Shown: piece by piece, positions 24,967-34,429 of the stretch | How the letters are laid out: each line of letters begins with the position of its first letter | Numbering within the stretch: position 1 is the stretch's first letter | NCBI GenBank assembly: GCA_034189225.1 | Contig: JAXHVL010000136.1 | Coordinates: forward strand, 6,549 to 70,548 | Reading direction: 5' to 3' | Source of the DNA: Thermodesulfobacteriota bacterium | GTDB taxonomy: Bacteria > Desulfobacterota > Desulfobacteria > Desulfobacterales > Desulfosudaceae | Length of the DNA: 64,000 bases | Notes under the pieces: model-generated | Told to the model about the DNA's origin: nothing | The model's input: the letters and a program-made list of their open reading frames with translations, nothing else | Databases searched by the model: none | Made by a program: the position numbers and the translations under genes

Positions 24967-26811
24967 TCAAGGCCCCTGCCATTTGCGCTCATATCCCCGC
25001 CGCGTCACCATGCGCCCGTTCATCAAGATCGTGTCGCTGTTACCGATAATGAGGATCGAGTTCATGCTCATTTCGCACTCAAGAAAGTTGTCAAGTATAC
25101 TCATCTGAATCTTCTGGCCACTACGAAGTGCATGGGTCACGATCCCCACGACTGTATTTTCAGGCCTGTGCCTTAAAAATGCCGCCTGCAATCTGCGAAT
25201 CAATTCCGTCCGTTTTTTGCTGACCGGGTTATACACGGCCGTCACCATGTCCGAAGCTGCTGCCATCTCAATCCGTTTTTCAACCGTTTCGGTGGGGGTC
25301 AACAAGTTGGAGAGGCTGAGCGTGATAAAATCATTGACTAGGGGCGCACCCAGCAAAGCGGCTGCGGCAGTGGCGGCGGAAACCCCCGGCGACACTTCCG
25401 TATCGACGATTTCATCAATGGCGGCCATCCGTTCATGGACCAGACCGGCCATACCGTATATGCCGGCATCTCCGGAACATATCAGCGCAACCGTTTTGCC
25501 TTTTGCAGCAGCGGTGACTGCCGCATCCACCCGCTCTGTTTCTCTGGTCATGCCGGTGGAGATGATCTCCCTGCCTGCGATCAGCGGGGCGACAAGGTTG
25601 ATATAGGCTTTATATCCCGCTATGACATCACTGTTTTCAATGACACGGCGGGCATGGGCCGTCAAATAGTCTGCCCCGCCCGGACCAATGCCCACAACAA
25701 AAAGCTTGCCGGTCTTTTTTGGTGGTAGAATCGATCTTTTTTTCGCCACCGCCACGGTGACGTTGCCAATCTTCTGCTTTGGAACAATCAATGCCGCGTC
25801 CGGGCCGGCGCACAAAAGGGCAGCGGGTTCGGCCACAGCTTTTGTGTTGACATACTTTTTGGCATACACCGACAGGGGTGACATGCCCGGATCTTCCACC
25901 CGGTCAAGCGACTCTGCTGCAAACCAGTGAACCGCTTTGCAGATGGTTCGGGCATAGTCGTTCAGTCCGGGTTCGTCTTTCTTTTTATCAATGGATGCGA
26001 CCCCGGCAATCGAAAGCGGTGAAAGATGATGATCGTCAAGGGCCCGGTCGACGGCGGCGGATATTTCTTCACTGGACGTATGCCTGTTGCAACCTATCCC
26101 CAGGACCAGATTGGAAGGCCGGATAAAAAGGGACCGGCCAAGCACGTCAGCCGGGACATCGTACCGTTTCTCCGTTATAAAGCACAGTGCGCTATAGCCT
26201 GCCAAATCGTCTGTATTCGGGTTTTCGATGTATTCCGGGCAAACATCTGATTCCCGGCAGCAGGATTCAAACAACTCCCGGTCGCAGATCATTGCCACCG
26301 GCGCACGGTTCAGCATGCATTTGGCGACATGCTTGACTTTTTCCCTGTTTTCAATCACCGCCCCGATCCTGCGGGCAATATCATCCATCGCTGTAATGCT
26401 GTTCACGTCCGTGGCGGTTGTTATAACAGCATTGGCGCCCAGCCGGGAGGCAAGCTCTGCACAGAGCGCATTGGCTCCGCCCAGGTGGCCAGAAACCAGG
26501 CTGATAACATGGTTGCCCGCTTCATCCATCACCACCACGGCCGGATCTGTTGCCTTGTTCCGGATAAGACCCGCGATGGAACGCACCACAATACCCGAGG
26601 CCATAATAAACACATGAGCGTCATATTCGAAGAACATAGACGAAAGGTGACGTGAAAAACGATCAAACCCCGCCAACTCTTTATCAGCCCGGCTGTTTAC
26701 CATTGATGCCGGCACAAAAACCGTCGCCGTATCGATCATTTTGGCACATTTTACGGCAAGGTTGAGCCCGGCTTCACTTAAAGCCCAAAAAGCGATTTTA
26801 TCTCTATCCAT
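24967..26811 (-). CDS. cbiGH: CbiG (cobalt-precorrin-5A hydrolase) fused to CbiH (cobalt-factor III / precorrin-3B C17-methyltransferase)
   Basis: The start is reset to MDRDKIAFWAL (ATG 26811, 8-nt overlap with the cbiF stop). CbiG C-domain LVLGIGCNRHTSSEEISAAV...ASIDKKKDEPGL, then CbiH KLFVVGIGPGGADYLTAHARRVIENSDVIAGYKAYINLV. Confidence 0.88.
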   Translation of the reverse strand: MDRDKIAFWALSEAGLNLAVKCAKMIDTATVFVPASMVNSRADKELAGFDRFSRHLSSMFFEYDAHVFIMASGIVVRSIAGLIRNKATDPAVVVMDEAGNHVISLVSGHLGGANALCAELASRLGANAVITTATDVNSITAMDDIARRIGAVIENREKVKHVAKCMLNRAPVAMICDRELFESCCRESDVCPEYIENPNTDDLAGYSALCFITEKRYDVPADVLGRSLFIRPSNLVLGIGCNRHTSSEEISAAVDRALDDHHLSPLSIAGVASIDKKKDEPGLNDYARTICKAVHWFAAESLDRVEDPGMSPLSVYAKKYVNTKAVAEPAALLCAGPDAALIVPKQKIGNVTVAVAKKRSILPPKKTGKLFVVGIGPGGADYLTAHARRVIENSDVIAGYKAYINLVAPLIAGREIISTGMTRETERVDAAVTAAAKGKTVALICSGDAGIYGMAGLVHERMAAIDEIVDTEVSPGVSAATAAAALLGAPLVNDFITLSLSNLLTPTETVEKRIEMAAASDMVTAVYNPVSKKRTELIRRLQAAFLRHRPENTVVGIVTHALRSGQKIQMSILDNFLECEMSMNSILIIGNSDTILMNGRMVTRRGYERKWQGP

Positions 26812-27568
26812 TATGCTGTACCCGTTTCTCCTTGCCGTATAAGACCGAACGGACCTCGCTCTTCTTTTTCTCACCAAAGGTGTCTCCCACGAGGATCAGG
26901 GCCTGCTTGACAATACCATGCTGTTGCATGGCGGAAGGGACATTTTCCAGTGTGGATCGAATCAATTTCATGTCAGGCCAGCCCACGCGGTAGGCAATGG
27001 CAGCCGGCGTGGTTACAGGAAAATGGCGGGTGAGTTTCTCAACAACTTCACCGGCCTTATGAGCGCTTAAGAAAATAACCATGGTGGAGCGGTGCGCGGC
27101 CAGCTGTTCCAGGTCCTCTGATTCGGGAACGGGTGTCTTGCCGTGAATGCGGGTAAACATGACAGTCTGTGTGCCGTCCGGAATTGTAAATTCCGATTTT
27201 AAGGCCGCAGCGGCGGCCATGGCCGATGATATGCCGGGAATCACTTCATAGCCTATGCCATCGGCATCCAGACGCGCCATTTGCTCATAAATCGCCCCGT
27301 AAATAGATGGGTCGCCGGTATGAATCCTGGCCACGCTTTTGCCGTCTCCGATGGCCTGCATGATAAGCTGATGGGTTTCCTCCAGTGTCAGATCCGCACT
27401 GCTGAAGATGGCGTCTCTGGTTAGAGTGGTATGCGGGATAAAAACGCTTTCGGGAACCAGGGATCCGGCATACAGGATCAGCCCCGCTGATTTTATCCGA
27501 TCAACCGCTTTCAGGGTGATAAGCTCCGGATCTCCCGGGCCTGCGCCGATAAAACTGACAATGGACAT
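26804..27568 (-). CDS. cbiF: cobalt-precorrin-4 C11-methyltransferase
   Basis: The start is MSIVSFIGAGPGDPELITLKAVDRIKSAGLILYAGSLV (ATG 27568, AAAGGAGTAACC upstream). RIHTGDPSIYGA is also present. Confidence 0.92.
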   Translation of the reverse strand: MSIVSFIGAGPGDPELITLKAVDRIKSAGLILYAGSLVPESVFIPHTTLTRDAIFSSADLTLEETHQLIMQAIGDGKSVARIHTGDPSIYGAIYEQMARLDADGIGYEVIPGISSAMAAAAALKSEFTIPDGTQTVMFTRIHGKTPVPESEDLEQLAAHRSTMVIFLSAHKAGEVVEKLTRHFPVTTPAAIAYRVGWPDMKLIRSTLENVPSAMQQHGIVKQALILVGDTFGEKKKSEVRSVLYGKEKRVQHNG

Positions 27569-27657
27569 GGTTACTCCTTTGTAAATATTCAAATCACAAG
27601 CGTAAAAAAACGAATAAGACCAAAATCACAAGTTCCAGATGACAAGCAGAAGCCATC

Positions 27658-28896
27658 TCATTTCCTGATGTCAAAGATGGTAATCGGGTTATCGGGCTTA
27701 AAGACATGGTACTTGGCCAGTTCCTGCTGTCGTGAAATTTGCAGTGCAATGACGTCTGACGCTTTCCGAATCCTTTTTAAAAAATGGCGAACCGTTTCAA
27801 ATGCCTCAACCGTGACCGTATTTATCACCATCACGCCGTTTTCGGAAAGACGTTCATAACAGAGTTCCAGGAGATCAGCAAGTTGCTCTCCGCCGCCGCC
27901 GATAAACACCCGGTCCGGATTCGGCAATGAGGGACAAACCGCCAACGCCTCTCCTCTGACGACAGACAGATTATTGACGTTGTGTCTTTGCATGTTAGCC
28001 CGGATATGGCCACACCGCTTCTCATTTTTTTCGATGGCATATACGGTCAGGTAAGGATTCATGTGTGCGGCTTCGATACCCACGGCACCCGACCCTGCCC
28101 CCACATCCCAGAGTATTTCGCCATGACCGGGCCTGAGCTTGGAAAAGGTGACAGCGCGTACCTCCGGATGGGTGATCAGGCCGCCCTCATGCACATAAGC
28201 GTCATCCGGGCGCCCAAAATCCGAAGACGCAAGAAGCGGTATAACCGGATGCGGATTTTCCACCACCAGCAGGTTTGGCGTCAAGAAAGCGTCTGCTGCA
28301 CAAATCTGCTGCAACATTCCACTTGCAATGGTTTCCTCCGGCATGCCCAGGCATTGACATACATAGCCCTGCCATTTCCCTGCCTGCGGAATTGTTTCCA
28401 CCATCTCCCGGATAACTTCACCGGGACTTTGTCCATGGGACGTTAAAATGACGCCGGTGCGGTAATGAATCAGCCGGCGCAAATCATCGTCATGGGTGCC
28501 ATGCCTGCTTAAAACAACCGTATCCTGGGGCTTTAGCCCCAGCCGGGAAAGCGCGGCCTGGACCGCGGATATGCCCGGGTGAATCACTACGGCGGCGATG
28601 CCAAAGTGGTTAATTAATGTATTGCCGATACCGAACATCAGGGGATCGCCGCTTGCCAGCACAACGATACGCATGTTTTCTTTCCTGTAATGTTCAATGT
28701 CGGTGATCAAAGAGGAGAGGTCCCCTGACAGGCAAACGGTTCTGCCCTGGAAGAAACTGACCGACGAAAGATGATTTCTGCCGCCGATCACCACATCGGC
28801 GTTATGGATAAGGCGGCGCTTTCCTTCAGATAGCGGTTCACCGGTGACATCCATCCCGACAATATCGATTTTAAAGGGTTTTGTTTCCTGCATCAT
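27658..28896 (-). CDS. cbiET: CbiE/CbiT fusion (cobalt-precorrin-7 C5-methyltransferase / cobalt-precorrin-6B C15-methyltransferase, decarboxylating; CobL-like)
   Basis: 412 aa. N-terminal TP_methylase-like domain (IDIVGMD...ADVVIGGRNHL...VVLASGDPLMFG). C-terminal class I SAM methyltransferase (ILWDVGAGSGAVGIEAA). Confidence 0.88.
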   Translation of the reverse strand: MMQETKPFKIDIVGMDVTGEPLSEGKRRLIHNADVVIGGRNHLSSVSFFQGRTVCLSGDLSSLITDIEHYRKENMRIVVLASGDPLMFGIGNTLINHFGIAAVVIHPGISAVQAALSRLGLKPQDTVVLSRHGTHDDDLRRLIHYRTGVILTSHGQSPGEVIREMVETIPQAGKWQGYVCQCLGMPEETIASGMLQQICAADAFLTPNLLVVENPHPVIPLLASSDFGRPDDAYVHEGGLITHPEVRAVTFSKLRPGHGEILWDVGAGSGAVGIEAAHMNPYLTVYAIEKNEKRCGHIRANMQRHNVNNLSVVRGEALAVCPSLPNPDRVFIGGGGEQLADLLELCYERLSENGVMVINTVTVEAFETVRHFLKRIRKASDVIALQISRQQELAKYHVFKPDNPITIFDIRK

Positions 28897-30004
28897 TCGC
28901 TTTTACTTCCCATTGTTTGTACAATAATTCACTAAAGTCCCACAGACAGATAGACAGGTATGCCCTGTAGCCAATGATCTGTGCGGCGTTTTGCAGGGCC
29001 TTTTGCCCGATCGTTTCGACAAACATCGGCAATTGCGGATCACACGACTCAAAAATATGACGGGCGTTGTTGGCGGTTTCAACAAAATCGCAAAATTCTT
29101 CTGAAAGCCCGGCTTCAGCCGCAAGGCGCGACAGATAAGCAAAATCGGTCAAACCTGATTTTGCGTGGGTATAGGTCATGTTCATCGCCCATTTGCACAA
29201 TTTGCCGAAATAACCGGTGAGAACGATCTCTTCAAAGCCAAGATCAACGGCCTTTCTTAAAGCATATGCAAAAAAATCGGCAATTTGCACAAAGCAGCGT
29301 TCATTCAGTTCCCGATAAAACGCCTGGGCCAGTCGTTCACTTCTTCTGCCCGTCGAAAGCACACATCTTTTCTGGTTATCAGTGGATGCCGACTTCAGGC
29401 AGATATCGATTGTATCCTTATAGCTTTTGGCTGAAAAGGGTTTGACAATGCCGCTGGTTCCAAGGATGGATATACCGCCGACAATGCCCAGCCTGGGATT
29501 AAGGGTTTTTTGTGCAAGCTTTTTTCCATCTTTTACGGAAATAACGACATTCACACAGAACCCTTCATCCAGGGGCAACCGCCGTCTGATTTCCTGTTCG
29601 ATCATTGCACGTGGGACCGGGTTGATGGCCGGTCCGCCAACGGCGACCGGCAAACCGGGACGCGTCACCCTGCCCACACCGTCTCCCCCTTCAATTGCAA
29701 TGCGTGTGACGCTACTTTTCACAATGGTCAATTGGGCGTTGACATAAGCGCCATTGGTGATATCCGGATCGTCACCGGCGTCCTTGATCACTGTTGCTGA
29801 AACCATTTTAGCCCCACCGGGAGCATCCGCCATTCCGGAGGAATGGACCGCCACAGACACAGTCTCTTTTGTATTCGGCAGATGCACCGATACCGTGCAC
29901 AGCGACTTTTTCAAAAAAAGATCCACAGCCGCAGCAGCAGCTGCTGCTGCGCAAGTTCCAGTGGTTAAGCCATCCCTTAATTGTCGATTTTTTTTAGTGG
30001 TCAT
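28871..30004 (-). CDS. cbiD: cobalt-precorrin-5B C1-methyltransferase
   Basis: CbiD signature LRDGLTTGTCAAAAAAAAV close to the N-terminus. The start is ambiguous: ATG 30004 is chosen, and the in-frame ATGs at 30052 and 30082 lack a convincing RBS too. Confidence 0.85.
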   Translation of the reverse strand: MTTKKNRQLRDGLTTGTCAAAAAAAAVDLFLKKSLCTVSVHLPNTKETVSVAVHSSGMADAPGGAKMVSATVIKDAGDDPDITNGAYVNAQLTIVKSSVTRIAIEGGDGVGRVTRPGLPVAVGGPAINPVPRAMIEQEIRRRLPLDEGFCVNVVISVKDGKKLAQKTLNPRLGIVGGISILGTSGIVKPFSAKSYKDTIDICLKSASTDNQKRCVLSTGRRSERLAQAFYRELNERCFVQIADFFAYALRKAVDLGFEEIVLTGYFGKLCKWAMNMTYTHAKSGLTDFAYLSRLAAEAGLSEEFCDFVETANNARHIFESCDPQLPMFVETIGQKALQNAAQIIGYRAYLSICLWDFSELLYKQWEVKANDAGNKTL

Positions 30005-30100
30005 GATGGTGACAATGGCCTTGCGTTTCTGAAAACGCTTTCTCCGCTTCATGCGACTTTTCCACAAACTCTCTCTGACCATCAGGAACAGGAACTGCTT

Positions 30101-30748
30101 TCATTTGGTTACCTCCATCGCCATTATCGCAATCGCGTTTAGTGCTGCAACAACGAGCGTTGAGCCGCCACGGCGGCCATCCATCAATATATAGGGAACG
30201 GCAAGACCCTTCACCATCTCCTTGGTTTCAACAACATTGACAAAGCCAACGGGCATGGCGATCAGCAGGGCCGGATAGATATTTTCTTCCTGAAGCAAGC
30301 GGACCACCTCCCACAGCGCCATGGGCGAATTGCCGATGCAGACAATCCCCTTATCAATGGATGCCTTCAATGACCGCATGTTGTATATTGCCCTGGGTAG
30401 CTGATGTTGGCCTGCCTGATAACACACATCTTTTTCAGCAACACGGCATACAATGCTTTCCCTTCTATATCCAGGATTAATTTTTTCAAGACGGGCCACA
30501 GAAATACCACTTTTGATCATATTGCTGTCCGATACGATGGCAGCGCCTCTTTTCAAAGCGCGGACGCCTTCCCTGACAGGCTGGTTGCAGAACTGAACCT
30601 GATCCATAATGGAAAAATCAGCAGTGGTATGAATCATGCGACGAACAACCGGCCACTCCTCTTTGTCAAACCCATGCGCCCCGGCTTCTTTGTCTATTAT
30701 CGCCAGGCTTTTTTCTTCAACCTTGTCGCCGGGCATAAAATCGATCAT
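30101..30748 (-). CDS. cbiC: cobalt-precorrin-8 methylmutase
   Basis: ATG 30748 lies 10 nt after AAGGAG, whereas the track TTG at 30757 is too close to the RBS. CbiC motifs SLAIIDKEAG...VVRRMIHTTADFS and CIGNSPMAL are present. Confidence 0.9.
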   Translation of the reverse strand: MIDFMPGDKVEEKSLAIIDKEAGAHGFDKEEWPVVRRMIHTTADFSIMDQVQFCNQPVREGVRALKRGAAIVSDSNMIKSGISVARLEKINPGYRRESIVCRVAEKDVCYQAGQHQLPRAIYNMRSLKASIDKGIVCIGNSPMALWEVVRLLQEENIYPALLIAMPVGFVNVVETKEMVKGLAVPYILMDGRRGGSTLVVAALNAIAIMAMEVTK

Positions 30749-30789
30749 AATCGGCAATCTCCTTGCTTTATTACACTCAAAAGGACTTC

Positions 30790-31183
30790 AAAAAAAATCC
30801 CGGATCGATTCAATCGATCCGGGATTCCCTGATTTATCCACAGATGATCCATGGGTACAGTACCGTTCCGGCAACCGTCCCATCTGTTCAGGCAGGTCTT
30901 CTGACTTTCGGATCTGTCTACTGACCGCGCCTTCCCGGTCCTGATGGCTTCGTAAAACGCCCAATAGCTGCGTTGCGCTGCATCTCTCGTCATGTCACGT
31001 ACCGCCAAGTACGCTCCATTCCTCGATATGCAGCGACGCCTTGCTCTTGAACTTTTTACTTTGCCATCAGAAGAACGCTTCGCAAAAAGTCCGTCTACCT
31101 TCTGACCAGTGGCATGCTGCGGCCTTCGTCCCCGATTACAGCGGCGGGTCCGTCCCCGAATTTCACGGGGTTCCCTGTTAGGC
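30790..31183 (-). promoter_or_regulatory. cobalamin (B12) riboswitch, long variant, near-identical copy of 18113-18507
   Basis: It has the same aptamer, insert, B12 box and terminator hairpin as 18113-18507. By eye I count about 5 substitutions over ~390 nt. Homology starts at GCCTAACAGGG and ends at the terminator T-run. Confidence 0.9.
30947..31089. repeat. embedded ~130-nt repeat element (second copy inside a riboswitch)
   Basis: GCTTCGTAAAACG at 30947-30959 and the degenerate copy GCTTCGCAAAAAG at 31077-31089. The interior is identical to 18284-18400. Confidence 0.75.
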
Positions 31184-31212
31184 GCATCCTCGCGCACCCG
31201 AACCAGGTTACG

Positions 31213-31241
31213 AGAATATACAATTAAACCGCTGCTGTCAA
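31213..31241 (-). promoter_or_regulatory. candidate sigma70-type promoter for the cbiC-operon riboswitch
   Basis: On the minus strand, TTGACA (31241-31236), a 17-nt spacer, then TATTCT (31218-31213). Confidence 0.45.
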
Positions 31242-31250
31242 GGGTCGATA

Positions 31251-31300
31251 ATGTAAAGTTTTATATTTACATTGACATTGACATTATGGCAGGTTATGGT
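31251..31300 (+). promoter_or_regulatory. candidate lexA promoter with upstream 22-bp palindrome (possible operator)
   Basis: The palindrome ATGTAAAGTTTTATATTTACAT (31251-31272) abuts TTGACA (31272-31277). A 17-nt spacer precedes TATGGT (31295-31300). ACATTG is repeated three times in tandem across the -35 region. Confidence 0.4.
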
Positions 31301-31346
31301 AAGAAAAACAATACAGAAACTCCCGGAAAAACCAGACGGAGGCCTC

Positions 31347-31979
31347 ATGAGAGAAGCGCTCACACCCAGACAGCGCCAGGTACTTGACCATTTTCAAAAA
31401 CAGATCGCTGAAAACGGAAAGCCGCCCAGCCTTCGGCAGGCCGCAGCCGCCCTGTCGGTGAGCCACGCGGCCGTTGCCCAGGCGCTCAAGCTTCTTGAAG
31501 ACAAGGGGTATATCACCCGGCAGGGGCGCTACAGCCGCAAGGTCCATGTGCTGAATCCGGTAAACCAAACAGCGGGCATTCACCGCTGGCGTGAAATCCC
31601 GGTTGTCGGTCATATTACCGCTGGACTGCCCATGCATGCACAGCAGCAATGGGAGGGCACCCTTGTTCTGGACAGGCAGGTCTTTCGCGGCAGCAACCTT
31701 TTCGCGTTGCGCGTTCAGGGCGATTCAATGAAAGACGCCGCCATCCTGGACGGTGACCTGGCCATCTGCGAGCCCCGGCAATATGCCGAAAACGGCGAAA
31801 TTGTCGTGGCCCTGATCAACGGGGAGGAGGCAACGGTCAAACGGTTTTTTCTTCACAGCGACCACATCGAGCTGAGACCGGAAAACCCTGACTACACGCC
31901 GCTTCAACTGGGGTTTGCAGAGGTGCTGATTCAGGGGAAAGTCATCGGTATTCACCGGGACCGGAAGGGCATTACATGA
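31347..31979 (+). CDS. lexA: LexA-type repressor (wHTH plus S24 peptidase domain)
   Basis: The start is MREALTPRQRQVLDHF (GGAGG upstream of ATG 31347). It has an S24 self-cleavage domain with LRVQGDSMKDAAILDGD and EATVKRF. Confidence 0.9.
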   Translation: MREALTPRQRQVLDHFQKQIAENGKPPSLRQAAAALSVSHAAVAQALKLLEDKGYITRQGRYSRKVHVLNPVNQTAGIHRWREIPVVGHITAGLPMHAQQQWEGTLVLDRQVFRGSNLFALRVQGDSMKDAAILDGDLAICEPRQYAENGEIVVALINGEEATVKRFFLHSDHIELRPENPDYTPLQLGFAEVLIQGKVIGIHRDRKGIT

Positions 31980-32791
31980 CCGTGCATCACCCCCGCATTT
32001 TAACCGGTACCTGCGGGTATTCCTATCCGGAATGGAAAGAGGCGGGCTTCTATTGCCCGGACACGCCTGCCGCGGGCATGCTGGCGGCATATGCCGGGCA
32101 GTTTCCGGTGACCGAACTGAACTATACCTGGTACCAGATGCCCAAGGCCGCGGCAATGGAGCGGATGCGCCATAAGGTGCCCGACACCTTTCTGTTTTCC
32201 GCCAAACTGACACGGAAGCTGACCCACGAGGTGGCGCCGGGGCAATGGCGGCGGGAGGCCGCTCTGTACAGGGAAGGCGTTTCCCCGCTGGTGCAGGCGG
32301 GCCAGCTGGCAGCCGTTGTGGTGCAATTCCCGCCTTCTTTCAGGCGGACGCCGGACAACCGGCACTACCTGGCCGCCCTTCTGGACGAGATGGGGGACCT
32401 GCCCCTTGCCGTGGAATTCCGGCATGCCTCATGGGCAACCGAAAAGGTGTATGACGCCTTTGCCGGCAGAAAGGTCACCCTGGTGACGGTGGATGTGCCG
32501 GACCTGCCGTGGCTCTATCCGTGGGTGGATATCGTGACCAATCCGGAGATGTTTTATGTCCGCTTTCATGGCAGAAACGCCAGAGGCTGGGGCTCCGGGA
32601 ACATGCAGCACCAGTTTGACTATGATTACACGGATGCCGAGCTTGCGGCCTGGGCGGACGAAAAAATCCCCCGAATGGCGGAGCAGGCCAGAGCCGGGTT
32701 TCTGTTTTTCAACAACCATGTCCGGGCCCAGGCCCCGAAAAACGCCGCCCGCTTAACCCGGATGCTGATCCGCCAGGGGCTGGTAAGGTGA
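31976..32791 (+). CDS. DUF72 (YecE/UPF0759) family protein
   Basis: 271 aa with an ATGA overlap with the lexA stop. DUF72 N-terminal pattern ILTGTCGYSYPEWKEAGFY and FRHASW are present. Confidence 0.88.
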   Translation: MTVHHPRILTGTCGYSYPEWKEAGFYCPDTPAAGMLAAYAGQFPVTELNYTWYQMPKAAAMERMRHKVPDTFLFSAKLTRKLTHEVAPGQWRREAALYREGVSPLVQAGQLAAVVVQFPPSFRRTPDNRHYLAALLDEMGDLPLAVEFRHASWATEKVYDAFAGRKVTLVTVDVPDLPWLYPWVDIVTNPEMFYVRFHGRNARGWGSGNMQHQFDYDYTDAELAAWADEKIPRMAEQARAGFLFFNNHVRAQAPKNAARLTRMLIRQGLVR

Positions 32792-33130
32792 AAAACCGCC
32801 CCAAAGAGGTCGGCTTTGGTTACCCTTATAAGGGGATTGTTTATAGGCCTCGTACGTGACCATATAAAGTTCGAAATACGAAGGCACATAGTGCTTGCAC
32901 TCATCCTTCGTGTTCTTCGTGAACTTCGTGGTTCATTTGATTTGATGTTTATTACCACGAAGCGCACGAAGGGCACGAAGACATATGCATCGAATAGATA
33001 TCCCGAAACACGCCGATATCTGCTTTGATCATTGAAACATTTGGTATTCGAATTTGTTTCGGGTTTCGAAATTCGAATTTCATGCTTAAAACCATTACTG
33101 ACCTGGCCCCGAAGGCCAGTCTTTTTCAGT
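32791..33130. repeat. mosaic intergenic repeat block: module A, CACGAAG phased hairpin (32905-32980), module D/E
   Basis: It is colinear with 55036-55280. The order is A (CCGCCCCAAAGAGGTCGGCTTTGGTTACCCTTATAAGGGG), then hairpin CTTCGTGTTCTTCGTGAACTTCGTGGTT...TACCACGAAGCGCACGAAGGGCACGAAG, then TGATCATTGAAACATTTGGTATTCGAATTTGTTTCGGGTTTCGAAATTCGAATTTC, then GACCTGGCCCCGAAGGCCAG. Confidence 0.7.
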
Positions 33131-33209
33131 TAAAGTAAGGCCAGCGAACCAAGCTTTGGTTTACCCCGAAAGGGAGTGAGGCCAAATCATAACCGGGAGC
33201 ACAATCAAC

Positions 33210-34412
33210 ATGCAGCATCACAGGGAACGATCGGTGATCCACATCAATGTGGCCAATTTCGCGGTGGCCGTGGAAAGACGGCTGGATGCGCGGCTCAGGG
33301 ACCGGCCGGTATTGATCGCCCCGGCCGGGGCCCCGCGAACGCCCGTATACGACATGAGCCAGGAAGCCTTTCAGTCGGGCATACGTAAAGGCATGCCGGT
33401 GGCAAGCGCCATCAAGCGCTGCCGGGCGTGTCAATTGGTCCCCCTTCACCCGGCCCGGTACGAACTGGCAATGAAAACCATTATCAAATATGCCCGAAAA
33501 TACACCCCGGCCATTGAACACGGAGACGGGGACGGCCACCTGTTTCTGGATGTGACCGGGACCAGCCGGCTTTTCGGGCCGCCGCCGGATGTGGCATGGC
33601 GCCTGGAAAAACAGGTCAAAAAAGATCTGGGCATGGCGCCGGTGTGGTCGGTTGCGCCCAACAAGCTGGTTGCCAAGGTGGCCACCCGCCTGGTCAAGCC
33701 AGTGGGCGAGTATATTGTCTGGCCCGGCGAAGAAGCGCCCCTGCTCGAGCCCTTACCCATGCACCTTATTCCCGGCATTGAAAAAACCGATCTCGTGGAA
33801 CTTTCCCAATATCATATTTCCCGGGTGCATCAATTAAGGGGTTGGACCATGGAACAGCTTCAGGTGCCTTTCGGGGCCAGGGCAAAATTTCTGTTCGAGG
33901 TCATTCGGGGCATCGATCCGTCCCCAATAACGCCCGGCAAAAAAAAGATGCCGGCCATTGCCATGGATCACGAATTTTCTGAAGACACAAACAATCGCCA
34001 TGCAATGGAACAGGTTCTTTACGGACTCACTGAAAAGGGGGGAAAACAGCTTCGGGCCCAAAGACGGTTTGCAAAAATCGCGGGGGTTGTGATCGACTAT
34101 TCAGACGGGCGGCGGTGCGCACGGCAGATATCCATCGACCCGGCCACGGCAAATGACCCGGCCCTGTTTGCACCGGCACGCAAAGCGCTCCGGCTCGCAC
34201 TCACCCGGAGGGTCCGCGTAAAGCATATCCGGCTTGTTTTGAGAAAACTGGTTTCCCCCCCGGTTCAGCTGACGCTTTTTGACAACGACCGCCAGGAACA
34301 GCAGACCCGCCTCTGCGACGCCATGGACAGGGTCCGGCTGCGGTTCGGGGACGACGCCGTCTACCCCGGCCGCATGGCCTCCCCGCAATTGCAAGAAATA
34401 TTTTACGCATGA
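33210..34412 (+). CDS. imuB: ImuB-like Y-family DNA polymerase homologue (catalytic acidic residues replaced)
   Basis: 400 aa. The Y-family N-terminal motif reads IHINVANFAVAVE where DinB-type enzymes have IHVDMDxFFAxVE. It reads GDGDGHLFLDVTG where DinB has SIDEAYLDVT. The gene sits upstream of dnaE2. Confidence 0.82.
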   Translation: MQHHRERSVIHINVANFAVAVERRLDARLRDRPVLIAPAGAPRTPVYDMSQEAFQSGIRKGMPVASAIKRCRACQLVPLHPARYELAMKTIIKYARKYTPAIEHGDGDGHLFLDVTGTSRLFGPPPDVAWRLEKQVKKDLGMAPVWSVAPNKLVAKVATRLVKPVGEYIVWPGEEAPLLEPLPMHLIPGIEKTDLVELSQYHISRVHQLRGWTMEQLQVPFGARAKFLFEVIRGIDPSPITPGKKKMPAIAMDHEFSEDTNNRHAMEQVLYGLTEKGGKQLRAQRRFAKIAGVVIDYSDGRRCARQISIDPATANDPALFAPARKALRLALTRRVRVKHIRLVLRKLVSPPVQLTLFDNDRQEQQTRLCDAMDRVRLRFGDDAVYPGRMASPQLQEIFYA

Positions 34413-34429
34413 TGCCATGCCAAAACAGC

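Noticed and set aside
33147-33161. The palindrome AACCAAGCTTTGGTT, 49 nt upstream of imuB, considered as a LexA box.
   Set aside because: It is unrelated to the palindrome upstream of lexA, and it lies within repeat module E sequence. With one copy I cannot distinguish an operator from repeat-derived symmetry.
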